This document shows, one piece after another, positions 38,510 to 52,825 of a stretch of DNA of 64,000 nucleotides. Position 1 is the stretch's first letter; every line of letters begins with the position of its first letter. Below the pieces are notes generated by a model. It did no database searches. It had not been told where the DNA came from and saw only the letters and a program-made list of their open reading frames with translations. Made by a program: the position numbers and the translations under genes. The DNA comes from Kudoa neothunni. Taxonomy: Eukaryota; Animalia; Cnidaria. Location of the stretch: contig OZ199840.1 of the NCBI GenBank assembly GCA_964304625.1, positions 7,633,744-7,697,743 of the forward strand, read 5' to 3'.

Positions 38510-40006
38510 TCAAGTGGATCTTAGACTGAGAAATTCGACCACACTTTCGTTCGAAGTCATCTCAGGACACAGTCGGCCTTGAAGTAGATCTATGAGATCG
38601 GCGACCTTTTGAAAATTGAGAGCGTTGTTATTGGACAAGGCGATCCAACGACGTAAACTATTGATCAATTGATTCAAAGTGGTATCCTCTTTGTGTCGAC
38701 TGGCAATGAAGTCTTCAAGAGAGGCGGTAAACACCTCACAGATAGAGTCATCATTTATCAATGTTCGATCCAAAATATCACTAAGAATAGTAGAAAATAA
38801 TTAGTATCGAAACAACAGTGATCTACCTACCTCATTGACTTTAATTGAGCAACATATTCCTCATCATCTTCAATAAGAATAGCCTCCCGCTCTTTCAACA
38901 AACCTTTCAATAAGATAACAGTACTGGTCCAAGTCTTGGTGTTGGTGGGAAGAGATAGCAATTTTTTGAACATGTGATTATAGTGGGAATTGGACAAGAA
39001 ATCGATGGCACACTTGGGACAACCAATCAAAAATGTTTCCATAGCCAGCGTGACTCTCTGGAGAAACGAATCAAACAACTCCACTTTAAAACTATTCTGA
39101 TCGAAAATAGATTCCACGATTCCCAACAAAAACTTATTGTATTCCAACTTCATCAATATATCTTTCACTTTTTCATTACTAGAACGACAGTATTAAAAGA
39201 GTAATCCAATCAAACATCCAAAATCTTACTTTTGAGCAGATGAAACAAATATACGAACACATTTATCAAGTATGGCTCTATTTGGGTCATCCGACAAATC
39301 TTGAGAGGGATCATCCAATAGTTGTTGGAGAGTGGTTTTTATTTTGTTCATAAAAAATTCGTAACCATTGTAATAATGGAAATCTACAGCAAGATCACCA
39401 TCGTGCAACAAATCCTGCAAATCATCCAAATATTGAGTGATATCAGAGGTGTTATTTTGGATGGATTGTAAAAATTCTCTCATAAGCCCAGATTTTGTTT
39501 TGACCGACGTAAAAAGAGCATCCATAAATTGTTGCCATTCTTCGAGCTCTTTTTTGGTTTTGGGATCTAAAACAGTTAATATAACAACATCTCCAAGAAA
39601 GAATACACATACTATCAACGATGGAACCATTGTTATTATTTTTATTATTGACTGTACCATCGTCTAATTTACGAATGGAATCCCAAAAGTTTTTATCCTT
39701 TGAAATTTGTTGAAATTTTTGTCGATATGTATTGTCTGAGTCAATTGTTAATTTAGGCCCCTCCTTATTTCGAGCTTTCAAATCGTTATCACTATTAGTG
39801 ATAATTTTAAATGGCAACGAATCCCCTTGGTGAGGACCCTCTGCTAATCTGGTGTTGGCGATGTCATTCTCTAAATCTAATTTGGTATCAAGATTCGAAA
39901 TAATAGGCTTTTTGTAAGGGTCATCATTCAACCCATTAATTGGTATAACCACACATAAGAAAACAGAAAAAAATATTAAAACCAAATATCCACCAGGCAA
40001 CCGCAT
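38510..40006 (-). CDS. SIL1: SIL1/HSPBP1-family ARM-repeat Hsp70 (BiP) nucleotide exchange factor with signal peptide (4 exons)
   Basis: Hydrophobic N-terminus YLVLIFFSVFLCVVIPING; YLDDLQDLLHDGDLAVDFHYYNG (cf. LEDLEYYVHQMDNAQDL..GG); SSAQNNEKVKDIL (cf. A.QNNPKVQ). Confidence 0.7.
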
Positions 40007-43000
40007 TTTCTACTTGCCGTCGCTTACACGCGAAGATTAGCGAGTTAATTTTTATGATTGCGAAACACGTCATCAATTTTCCTTGTCAAATATGTGTACA
40101 GATTGAAAAGAAACCACATTTTGGATCTAATTTTTGTTTTAGAAAGACGCAATCAGCACTAAATTTTAGTCACCGAAGCATTAAATTTGGCTTTGATTCT
40201 CTTCTATGCTTGTTTAATCTTAGAAATTAACTAGCTTGCAGACGCAGAAAATAATGAAAAATTATTTGTTGGGATAACTAATATATGGAGTAGTGATATT
40301 TGGAATTCGACGATGTAGAATTATAGTAAACTTTATAAAATAATCTTATAACTTCCACGAGAATTAATCCTAATTAAAAATATCTAATAAGATTAATTAA
40401 ATTGATTGGTTTTAATGGAATTAATAGTAAACTATTAAAGCGGGACCTTTTATTTACACTTTTGAGCAGGAGTCTAAACTCAGGTCAGGTTTGAATTTCC
40501 TTTGGTTGCAATGAAGGAATTTTTGTGAAATTCTGAAATATATTGAATATGTATTATAATATAGCTAAAAAATATTTATTTGTTAATTTCGTATTGTAAT
40601 TTTTGACTTAAAATTAAAATACAAACAATATATTTTATCTGATTTTTTTACTTTGAAATATTAATATATTATTTAACTTACAATGCGAAAGAAAATCATT
40701 TTAAAATAAATAGTTTAATTAAATCTCTTGTGTATAGTTGTCATTGTAATCAATTTTTATTGGTTCTTTACGGCCTGCGTGGGTGTCGTGATTTATTGTT
40801 TATAATCAAAACTTTATTCATCTGAATATTTTCGATTGTAAAAGTAACGATTTTTTTCAATTGCAAGATGAATGAATTTAATGACGTATAGATTTATTAT
40901 CTAAATGTACTATTTTTATGTGTTACTTTTAGAATTGTTTTAACTGCCAGACATAATACTATGACATTAACAAACGTATAATCTACTTACAGATAATAGT
41001 AGTTAATATATTAATTAAATAATTTATTATTATCTTGAGGATTCTAATAATATTTCTTTAGGATCTTTAATAAGAATATTGCCTCTTGTATTATAAGAAT
41101 TCATCAGATATCCAAAAAATGGAAATTTATTAGATTCCCTAGATTTTTTGTGTTTATAAAAATTAAACGTTTGAAAATAATTTCATGGCTTTTATTAGGG
41201 AATATAAGGTTACGAATTTTGAGATGTATTATGTTAATGTAATAACTTCTTAATAAACAATAAAATAAAAATACATTATTTATATCAAATTAAAAGAACT
41301 TTTTCCTGTAAGAAATTCCAATTTATTTTATATAGATACATGATTGTCGTAAATAAAACAAGACAAATGAAAAATGTTAGATTTTATTTAAAAACTTACA
41401 AAATTTTAAACTTTTCTCTCACAACAATAGTGATACAATAAAAATTTTTGATATAGATAGGTTACTGATAGAATATTTTTGAAATGTTAAATATATTCTT
41501 TTCTGAACATAATTTGTAATTAAGAAATTTATTTATCCTATAGTTATAATTAAAAATATTTTTATTTGAAATATTTATGTAGTTTTAAATCTCATAATTA
41601 TTTTTAAATAAATATTGACAATTAAACATATGTCTAAATTAAGATAATTTAATGAAAATAATTCATTGAAGTTTGTTATTACATAAGAAATTTTACAGCT
41701 AACTAATTTAAAAATAAATATCTTAAAAATATTGGACTATCTAGCTTTTGTATCACTCTTTTTAATGTGTATTAATAAGATAAACGTTGAATTAATCCGG
41801 TTTCACAGAACTCCCAAAAAATGAAAGGGATAATGATAATTGAACAATATTTTGGAACAACTATAATTAGGATACATTTGTAGCTCAACAATTAATTAAT
41901 AGAGGCAAAAATCAATTGAATAATTTAAATAAATGCAACGCCATCATTTTTTCTCAAATATACAAATCATCATTTCAATTAAACAAATATATTAAAATTA
42001 GCCTTATAAATTATGAGTTAAGTTATATTTAATTATTATAGGGATAAATTGAAACGTTTTCAATGCTACGTTAAAAAGCACCGAGTTTTTACTTTCATCA
42101 TAAAATACATCAATATATATTCAAATAAGGAATTATTTTAAACATATTTTTCCAAATAATTACATGATTTATTAAAATTTATTATAGGGGGTAAAAAAAA
42201 TGAAAATCGTTTTTTTGAATTAAAAGAAACCTTCAAAATGAAGTTCATACGAGAAGATATAATATTTATTAAAATAATCAGAAGTAGTCATAAAATAACA
42301 TAAATATTTGTTTTATCGATAATTTAAAAGAATTAAGATGTCTCCGTTTATTATTATTTATTTAAATAGATAGTATATCTCCCCTATTGATTAAAATTTA
42401 AATATTTGCATATATCCAACAATAATATTACTATAAAATAATGCAGCGTTAACACAATATCAAATAGTTGATATCAATATACAAATTAGAAAAAATTCAT
42501 AGAACAGCTTATCGGATTTCTATAACATCCATAACCAACATTAATGTTAAAAAATAATATAATAAACACATGAATAAAAACACTACATTGAGATGAGATA
42601 TTTCCTTTTCCTTTTCCTTTTCATATGAAGAATTTATGACTTTTATATGGTATCTTAATACAATAAGTAACCAATTTCACACACTTTTTTTCGGGTACTC
42701 CTTGTTTATTATTTAATTTAGTCAATATTTAATGCCAAAAAATACAATATTACTTATTATTATAAAAGTATTTAATCTCAATGAACAAAAAACTGCCATT
42801 GCATCACGTTTTAAAACATCTATTATCTCGATTTTGAATGGCATCCTAGAGATGAAAAATAAAATAATCAAAACCTATAAATGTTTTTAGAATCTACAAA
42901 TAGAAATTATTTGCACGCAGGACTATTTAATTCTGTCGATGTTGATGTATATGAGTAGATTGAGTGGACATGAAGAAAAAAGATTGTAGTAGGCGTCGTC

Positions 43001-43921
43001 ACGATAATCGTCAAGAAAAATTTATTAGCCGAAGAAAAAGGTTTACCTTCATGTGCAATTCGTGGTGGATTTCGCTGTCTAAAAAAAGGTCCAATATTTA
43101 AAAATAAAATTTTATTAATTAGTCTGCTGATGCTACGCCTAAAACTACCTCAGAGTGGATAAATCAAATCAGAATATTTTTTAAAATATACTCTGAAAAT
43201 TTTATTCACAATGTAGACCAAACTGTGTTATTCCACCAATAGCAACAATAAGAGTATTTCATAGATTGCTGAAAAATAGTTTTTTGCTGTTAATACATTT
43301 ATCGAGTTGTAATTATTTAAAAAAAAGTAATATATAATTAGCTGGCCTTTTTAAACGTAACTTAATCATTATTAAATGTCAATTTTTTCTGAAACAACTG
43401 TGCACGCAAATGCGTGAAATTAGATTCTTATTGTATTATGAAATATTTATATTTATTAATTAAAATTCTGAGGGCTGAAGGAAGAATGTGTGATGCACTT
43501 AAAGAAACAATGAGCGATGGAAAGACCCTTATAATTATAAGGCACTTAAATCATTAAATATTTGAATGTGAATAAATTTCCGAAATAATGATAACTTTCT
43601 GAACATATTTAAGTTATTGTTATAGAAGTAAAAAGCGACAAAGCGTAATTCACAAAAATTAAATCTTAACCTTTAAAATGCTCCTCAGTTTATTTTTCAT
43701 TTAATATGATAAAAATAATTTAATTTATAATAATTATATCAAATAAAAAAATCTTACAAGTAATATGAGGAAGAAAAGTGATGCTAATTCACAGAAAATT
43801 ACATGACGAACATGTCAATAAGAGGATTCATTATAAAAAAAATTGATTTTACTCAAAGAAACAGAAAAAAAATAATTTTAGATATAATCTCAAAAATTGT
43901 AAATTGTTTACGTGAAGTATA

Positions 43922-46900
43922 TTAATGTTGATAAATATGAGAACAGCGGTTATATAGCTCTCTTTCACCCCGTCTTCGTTGTCGATAGTGCAGAAATAAG
44001 GCAAGGAACAAACTACCAAAAATCAATCCCAATATTACTGAGCCACTTACCCAAATCTTTTTATATACATTACTTTCAGTGTGGTATTTATCATTCGGAT
44101 GGATGCTTTTATTGTGATTATCCGTAGGGTTAACGGGAACAATATCATTGAGGTTGGAAGGTAAGGGATTCTTTTGAGTTGAATCCATTGTTTTATTGTG
44201 TTTTGATTCGAGTGTAAGTAAAATGTTTTTGGTCAAATTCAAATGATCACCGAGAATATTTGAAAATTCCATGTCAATTACAAACAAATCATCTGGAAGA
44301 TGCTGAAGGTAATCATTGATGGACGGGTCGAAAAGGTTTGCTTTTCTTGTAAAACGTGAAACACTTATATTAATTTCCTCAGTTTTATCATCAATGGTCC
44401 TAAGGGGATCTGTTTCATCTTTTTCTAACGAACTCAGATTTTGCTTAGTTTCGTCGATGATGAAGATGAGATTTTTCATTTCGACTTCTAGATTAGCCAC
44501 AAAACTATTATGTTTGTGAAACTCAGTGATGTAGTAGATTTGTTTTTGATGGTAGAATTGTTTTACAGTATCTCGAGTGACAGCAAATTGATTGGTGTAG
44601 TTTTGGTACTTTTCAAGCAACGACTGATGTTGTTGTTGTATAAGGGCTGGTAGTTGGTAGGAGAAAATTGTTTTGATTTTATCAACTGTTTCTACAATCT
44701 GATTATAATACGTAACAAAAAAGTTAATGTTGATTTGTGTCAATTTGGATAGATCAATATCAGTTTCATTTTTTGTTTGTTTGAGTTTCATCGATAGATA
44801 GTCATGGGCTGAATTGATATGGGATTTGACCGAACTGAATTGTGAGTGTAGAGTGTTTGTAGCAGCAGCTAGTTTGTCCGATCTAAATTTAAGTTTGGAA
44901 GCAAAATTTTCTATTTGCCTCAGTTTTTCCCAAATCTCGGGCGCATCAGATGTGTAATCGTCAAAAATTTGGTTTATATCCTTGGCTTGTGTTTTGAGTT
45001 GGATTTTTAGATTCTCCATATGAGTAAAGAAATTATCAATGTCCACCTCAAAATTTTTCATATCTTGTTTCATTTGGCTGAGCGTGTTGTTATGATGGAT
45101 AATATTATTGGAAAGTTCTTCTAGTTTTAGGGCCACATTGTTATGATCGGAGTTTTGGGTTATTAATGCAAATGGTGAGGAAAAATCTTTCATTTGTCGA
45201 CTATTTGAAATAAGCAATACATTTACCTGTTCTTTTTTGATGTCAAATTGCTTTTTTTTGTTTGTAATGTTGCTGTAGTTGGATTGCAGGTTTTTTAGCT
45301 GTGAAAAGAGTGATGAGACATTATTACAACCTTGGGCAATCTCATTATTGTATTGTGTAAAAGTATGTTCAATCGAAGGAATCGAATCTAGCGACTGCTC
45401 GATGAATCTATTAGAGAAAAGGTTTTTAATGTGGTTGGTTTGATTGCGTGCGGTATCAGTTTCATTTTGGAAATGTGCTTTTTTCGAATCGCAATCTTTA
45501 AGTATAGGTTCCATTTTTCGATTTAAATATACCAACCGGTCGGTCATAGTTTTATTTCTAGCGACGAATTTTTCTGCGTGGGTTTGGTATTTTATATTAA
45601 ACTTATCATGGTTTGCTTTCACCTTGTCTAGTTGATCACGTAGAACTTCCAAAAAATGGTTATTATGAATTTTAATCCAGCGGTTATTCGCCTCAATTCT
45701 GTAATTAGAATACATCTGTAGAGAATTGTCTAATGTGGTTCTAAGTAAACTAATTTCAGCCAAGTCGTTTTCAGGATTGTACAAAGTTTTGTTGTATAAA
45801 TCCACAATTATATTCTTTTGTTGTTGATTGAAATTAAGGTTAGCTGCATCAATCTTTAAATTAGCTACATATTTTTCACATAAAGGAACTGGATCTTTTA
45901 TGGAATAATTGCAGGTATATCCTCGTAATATCTTGCTACAACAGTGGAATAAACGCGAGTCGTTGAATGATTTCTCAATAGTGAGATCATAAAAATTAGT
46001 AATGTCCAGATAGATCCTTTGATTTTGAGTTTGTTTTGATTTAAAATTGTTATCATAATGAGTTTCTCGTTTACCGATCTCTTTATCAAGAGCATCTAAT
46101 TCGTGAATGATCCCATCAAGTTGACGTTGTAATTCGGCGGACATTTCCATTTTTATGGATGCATACTTTATTTTATCATCGTTTAATTCGCTGAGGAACT
46201 GTTGTTTAGAATTAAGGATTGATTGCCGCAAATTTTGAAGGTTTTTTATTAAATCCAGATGTTTTAGTTTATTTTGGTGGGTAATTTCGTCAATTGCGTT
46301 CAGTAGTTTTAAGTTAAGGCTGGATATTAACTCTCCCATTACGGCATGTTTGTTTCGTAAACTCTCCAAGTTATCCAAACGCTTCTTTAACGAAATTGCA
46401 TCAGAAAGAGCCCCTGAATGATATATCTCTGGAGTAAACTCAAGGTACTTTAATGGTACAAGCAATTTGTCCTTCGTAGAAGTGGTATCCAAATTATACT
46501 TTTTGTGAACTTTTGAAAATTGCTCATGATAATTCTCGTATTGTGACATAAGTTTCAGGATTTTTTTTTCATCTTCCTCCACTGACTTGATTGCTAAATT
46601 TTTTTTCCCAACCAACTGATGGATTTTGTTGTTGTGCTCGTCGTTGGTGACGGTTTTATCGTTGACCAGTTGAATAATGTGCTCTCTAACTTGGTTATAA
46701 ATGGAATATTGTAGTTCAATTGAACCAAAATGAGAGTGGATTTGTGTGTAAAGCGATTTAATTTGTTGTTCCATGTCAACCAACTGACCGTACCAAAGTT
46801 CAAACATAATATTTTGGAAGACTATTGGAAAATTGTAAGTGATAATTCTGTAGTAGAAATCATTGCTTATAATATTGAAAGGTTTATCCCACAACTTTAC

Positions 46901-49900
46901 ATCCTTTTCAGTGTAGGTTTCTCGTAGTTTATGAAATCTTTCGACGTATTCGTTCACATTTCTGGTTAAATCATCGATAACTCCAGCTATATACTCAGGA
47001 GGACTGACACTAGTAACCGCTTGAGGGAATTTTTTAATTCGATTGTACCTAATTTTTATTGATTCATAAAGTTGTATGAATCTAATATGACGGAATAAAG
47101 AGTTCACACCTTCGTAATCATCTTTATGATACTTATTTTGAAGATGTGAATCCATTAGTTGCTTGATGTGATTTACGGTGGACTTCAAGCTGTTCATATT
47201 GGTAGTTGAGGAAGTTGAGTCAAGAAGCAAAGTGCGATGGACGTCAAATTGCTCTATTTTGGTGAGTAATGAATCCATTTCTAGATCAGTGCTATTGAAT
47301 TTGCTGTCAATATCAGAATAGCTATTGAGTAGCTTTTCACATTCGTCGGAAACATTTTCCAACTCACTCATATTTGTTGCCAAACTAATGTCAAACTGGC
47401 AATGAATACTTTGTTCGTGAATTCTAGTCAATGTATTAATTGTGTTGTTGAACAGATTTAGGTGCTTGATTTTGTATTGGGAGAATACGGTTGCCTCGCG
47501 ACTAGCTTCTTCATTTAAATTGGACAAATGCTTGAGGTAGGAGTTGATTTGGCTGTCCAACTGAGACAATATCGTATCAGATATTTCGGTCAGTTCGGCT
47601 GAACAATCAATACCATAAAATTTATCACAGAATTCAACCAAAGATTTCATATGTTGTTGGATATCATTCTTTTGCTCGGTTAACTCGTTGAGTAATGATT
47701 GATATCGGTGAGTGGGACAGTCTTTGTCATGATATTGGAAATATATTTGTGTAAGAACAGGATTTATTTTTTTATCAACTAACGCAAATCGGATAGAGAA
47801 ATGTTTTTTACGCAATTTCACCAAATGTTGAATGGAATTAAGGCGTTGCAGAATACCAGAATATTGAGCGTCAAGTTGATGTAGATCACTAAGATTTTCG
47901 GAGATAAATTGACTGGTACTTGATAGATAACCCGTCGATTGCTCCAATAATTGTTCCAATGCTTCTAACAGATCATTGATCGAAGATAATTGGTCGTCTA
48001 AGTCTTGTTGTCGTTTTTGAGTGGTTTTGATTTTCTCTTTCTCAAGCACAATGTCATTGTATTTGTAACCAAACAACTGTTTCACACTGGAATCAACCAG
48101 TGAGTGAAAACTTTCTGGATGATCGTTTAGATGAGAAACCAGGTAGTTTCTTATATCCTTTATCTGCTTGGTGGATGGAGAATAGTTTCTTATTTGTTTG
48201 TAAACTTCCACTTCGGACTCCAGTTCGAGCATTTTTTCTCCGGCCAACGTTACACGCGCTTCAAATTTTCTATATTCACTCATAAAGTCCAATAGTTTGG
48301 CTTCTATATTTGTATAACTTCTGTGATAATGTTTCAGCGCTAACAATGCTGTTGATCTTAACAATGTTATATTAAATGGATGATAAAATTCATTATGTTG
48401 TGTAATGTTGTTCGCTTGAAGAATATATGTCGAATGCAACAGATGGTAGTTGGTTGAGAGCAGTTTTTGCTTATTTTTAATTTCGACTAGCCGATTGGAT
48501 TGAGAAGTCATCTTTTCGACTGTCAAATCAATGTTAGATGTGAACTCGGTCTTTTCTTCACCATCTAGATTAGAGAAAATTCTAGCATCCAAATAAGCGT
48601 GATTTTCCCTATAGATTGTTTCGTTAACTAAGTCCATTTGACGTTGTAATCGAAGGGTGCTATCCTTGAGGTTATATATATTGGTTTCAAGTGTTTCACT
48701 TGTGGTAGCTACCAATCTTTTCAAGTTGCTCACCTTATTTTCTATATCAGTTGCCATACTGAAAAGGTCATGACGAAGCTGTTCATTTGTTAAATAGCTT
48801 TCCGAGCCCCGCACACCGATAAGGTCAAGTTCGTATGCGTAGTGTGTCTCAAGTAATTGTTTTGAGTAGCCATCGGTCTGCGCCAGATTTTTTAACTTTT
48901 TGAGGTAGTTCATTTTAATAGTGTTTATATTTTGGTATCTATCATTTAATTTTTTAAAGTGGTTTAATTTTTCTTCCAATTGTCTTAGTGTGCTACGACA
49001 ATCATCAATCCCAGGCACAATATCAATACTATTATTCTGAATGATTTCTCCTAACGAGTTCATAATTTGTTGGCCGTATGTTGTCAAATCATACCAAACA
49101 CTTTTAACTTTCAGATGTCCTTCCAACCTGTTAGCAAGATCTAATGCATTATTGATGAATTTTACGATTGAATCGTGATTGTTTATTATATCATTTTCTC
49201 TCGATGTTATTTTGTTTTCCAGATACCATTCAATTTCATCGATATCGTTATACCATTGGTACGCAATATTCAAGTATTTATCAAAATCAAAATAAATCGA
49301 TAATGTAGGAATGGTTTGTGGGTTATTTATGTTATCCAAGTACATGGTACTAAATAGTTTTGATGCTTCATTGTAGAAGTCATTCACTTGGGTTGTTATC
49401 AACGTGATACTTTGCTCTAGACTCTCGTTGAGATCGTCCACTATTTTAGGATTGTTTTTCTCATTGGTCAGTTTTTCGGTAATTTTATCATTGCTTTCGT
49501 TCAATTCGTTGAGTAGCTTCACTTCAAGTGCGTTCGCTCGGGCCATAACCTTATGTCTTTCCGAAATAGGTAAATTCATGTATTCTCCGCAAACCACATG
49601 TATTTGTTTGATAATTTCAGATATCTTTATTCGGTGTTGCTCGATTTCATCAAAAAATTGATCATTTTTGAGATTTGAGGCTATTTGTTGTGCTTCATCC
49701 AAGTCAGGAGTATTAAATTTTCCTGTATAAGCCGTTATAATGTCAATTATGCGTTCATTAATCGATTGCATTAATCCACCAAAACTTATTATTGGGTTCA
49801 ATACAAGTATATTTGTCATATTTTCTTGAAATATCAAAGGCAACATAATTTTATCTTCTAATTGGTGGCGGCTCACTGTGAGTTGATTGTAACGAACGTA

Positions 49901-50191
49901 TTTATCCTTATAGTTCTTTCTTCTGTTGTCCATCTCAATAAAACGCTGTTCAAGAAATGAGTAGACTTCTTGAAATTGAGTTGAGTTCTCTTCTTCAGAC
50001 AATTCACAAACGTCATTAAGAATGGACGCATCCGAAACATATTGACTGGGGCTTTCGTCCAAAATTTTATTTTCCACTACCAATTTAAAAACTGAATAAT
50101 TAATTAAAATATGTACTACGCATATGTATTAGTTAATGTTGTTACTGAAAATTAGTGCCAGACATCTTAAAATGAGTTCTCCAAACCTCAT
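43922..50191 (-). CDS. Orphan ~2071-aa type-I membrane protein with a giant alpha-helical/coiled-coil ectodomain
   Basis: Exon 1 at 50191-50146 (MRFGELILRCLALIF), a 54-nt GT-AG intron at 50145-50092, then one 6.17-kb open exon. C-terminal TM IWVSGSVILGLIFGSLFLALFLHY, basic stop-transfer RQRRR and a 20-aa tail. Confidence 0.9.
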
Positions 50192-51640
50192 TTGTCTATA
50201 TTCGTTTTATACTTTAAATTTTAAAATAGGTTTGTTATCGCCTAAGAGTATTGTTATCCTCATATAATTTAATCAATTATACAATTTTGCTTATTCTATA
50301 ATATAAATAGAGTATTTCATAACTGAGGTCTGTTTATCTCCTCTGGATATTGGCTACTTTCTCCTCCTTCTAGCTCTCCCATTCCAATTGAGGATACAAT
50401 GAACATTTGATAACACGAAAAAACTTACATCCTATGATTTTTGTATAATTATTAAGTGAATCAATTCGAAGAAAAATTTAATTGACACATCAAACCGCTT
50501 AGGCTGAATTTAAAATTATTTTGTAATTGATGAAAGATCGACAATGTCAAAAAATCATGACACAATCATAAATTTATGCTTATATGTGTATAAAATTAAA
50601 ATAATTCATATTATTGACCAATATAAATTACTTTAATCATTACAATCTAATAATATTTCGGATTTATTTTTTATCTACATTATTAATGTTTGTATCAAAT
50701 AACTAAAGATATTTGAATTTATTCGATGAAAGTATGTTTTTTGTGTACCGAGAGACGTATAATGATTAGCTAAATAAATTATATCAAATTCATCAAATGG
50801 TATAATGGAACAATAGTAAGACAGTGGATATACTTATGGATCGGTCTAATCCCTTCTTCGGCATTGACCATCCTTACGGTAAGGAATATCTTTTGGAGTA
50901 GCTGAGATATTACACTACTGATTTCCCGAGTGTGTAAAGCTATTTTTTATTTTCCTGAAAATAAAGTTTTATAAGGTTACCATTTTATTACAATTTAATG
51001 ATAAGATTGAGCGTTAGATGCTACTTTTTTGTATAATTTCGCCTAGGTATATACTTATTTTTAATAATAATACTTGGTGGAATTATAATTTTGTAGTGAA
51101 AATGTTTTATGTCTACTATACGTATTAGTGGAATTTGAGATGGGCTTACATAACCGAGAGTGACACAAATAGTTAATTTAATTAAAAAATCGTCATATAT
51201 TATTTTGTTCACCTTATTTAAAATTATATCTCTTTCGTAAAATGTATAGACATATGTATATGATAACTGCATCTAATAGCTCACTTAATGAAAAATATGT
51301 ACTTTAGTTTTTAGGAGGCTCTTATTTAAACTGATTTATATTTGAATGATTATAGATACATCATAAATGTTATTTTTATTTTTTGTAGACAACATAATTT
51401 CACCTATTTGTCTGGAATTTTATTAATGTCTGTTCTGATACCTGCAGCCTTATAGATTAAATTTTGATGGAAGTTTAAACCTAAGTTATTATAAATATCA
51501 AATAAGTATAATTTTATAATTTTTAGTGTATGATACTTGAAAATGAATTAGGCGAGATTTTATTTGGACTTTATAAATATTGAGGATGATCTGAATTTAT
51601 ATTCTTTATATATAATAAATTAGTTTAAATTCATATTTAA

Positions 51641-52825
51641 TCCTCTAAGGTCAGCAAAAACGACCACCTTTCAAGGACTTTTGGGGTCCAAAAGACCCCC
51701 ATTTTTATTTGATGAATTAACTTAATAAATATAGATATATTATTTAATTTCGTGGGGAAAGTTTCTGTCGACTAAATTTGAAGAAAAAAGCCGAACATTT
51801 GTGTAATTAATCCGTTATAATCTCATCGGTACTGTATTGGGTTGAAACGCAATTAATCGTTATATAAACCGTTGCTGAATAATCTAAATTTTTTAAGGAA
51901 TAAAGAATTCAAGTGAATTGACTTAATGATTAATCTTTTTTGATGGAAATATTCCATTTAATATTCTAAATTATTGTTCAGGAGCATATTGTTACTCTGC
52001 TCAAATAATGCCACACGACCCCGTTTTTACTGTACAAAATAAGAGTGAAACTGATGAGCGTATTAATGAATTTCAATCTTTGGGAAGTGAATTTGAAGAA
52101 AACTATACGGAATCATCTGAAACATGGATTGAATTGGTGGAATGTGGTAATAATGAAGACCCAATAATCAATTAATGTGGTATTATGTGGAGTTTTAGTA
52201 AACTCATAACATCAAGAATCGGTGCGGAAAATATCATTAAAACCGCCTGGCCCTACTTTATATTGCACTCATCACGTTAAAAGCATGTTAGATTGCTTTT
52301 CATCTTTTTCACAAACATAATTTTGAATAAATAATCAAATATATCAATTGTTTTTAAGATTTCATTTCAAAGGTCTAAATTTAATTACTAACTGTATTTA
52401 AATACATTATATTTATTTTTTAAGATTCTATGAACTTATTTTTTGTGGTAAATGAAAGTTTGCCATGTCCATTTTAATTAACGGTCACATGTGAATAATT
52501 AAATCCTTACGAAAGATAAACATCAATTAATTAAGTTCGTACCATATTTCTAAATTTTTATGTTACTTAAACGAATAATGCTTGTATAGCTACATTTTTA
52601 TTTATTTTTAAAGTATATTGACCAGAAGACCCAAAAAGTCCTTGGAGGATAATTTTTTGTTCTACACCTAATTTTTATTCACTCGACTTAAGATTTTCAA
52701 TGAATGATCATTATTGAAAGTTAGGAGATTAGATAGAATTTTACGAATTTCTGATTATTGTGTACATAATACTGGATAAATTAATTATGGTTTGGGGTCT
52801 AAAAGACCCCAAAGTCCTTATAGAA
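51641..52825 (+). mobile_element. Internally deleted piggyBac-like element
   Basis: TTAA on both sides; inverted terminal motif AAGGACTTTTGGGGTCCAAAAGACCCC / GGGGTCTAAAAGACCCCAAAGTCCTT; frameshifted remnant SRIGAENIIKT..GPT..SMLDCFSSFF resembles the PGBD N-terminal region. Confidence 0.7.
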
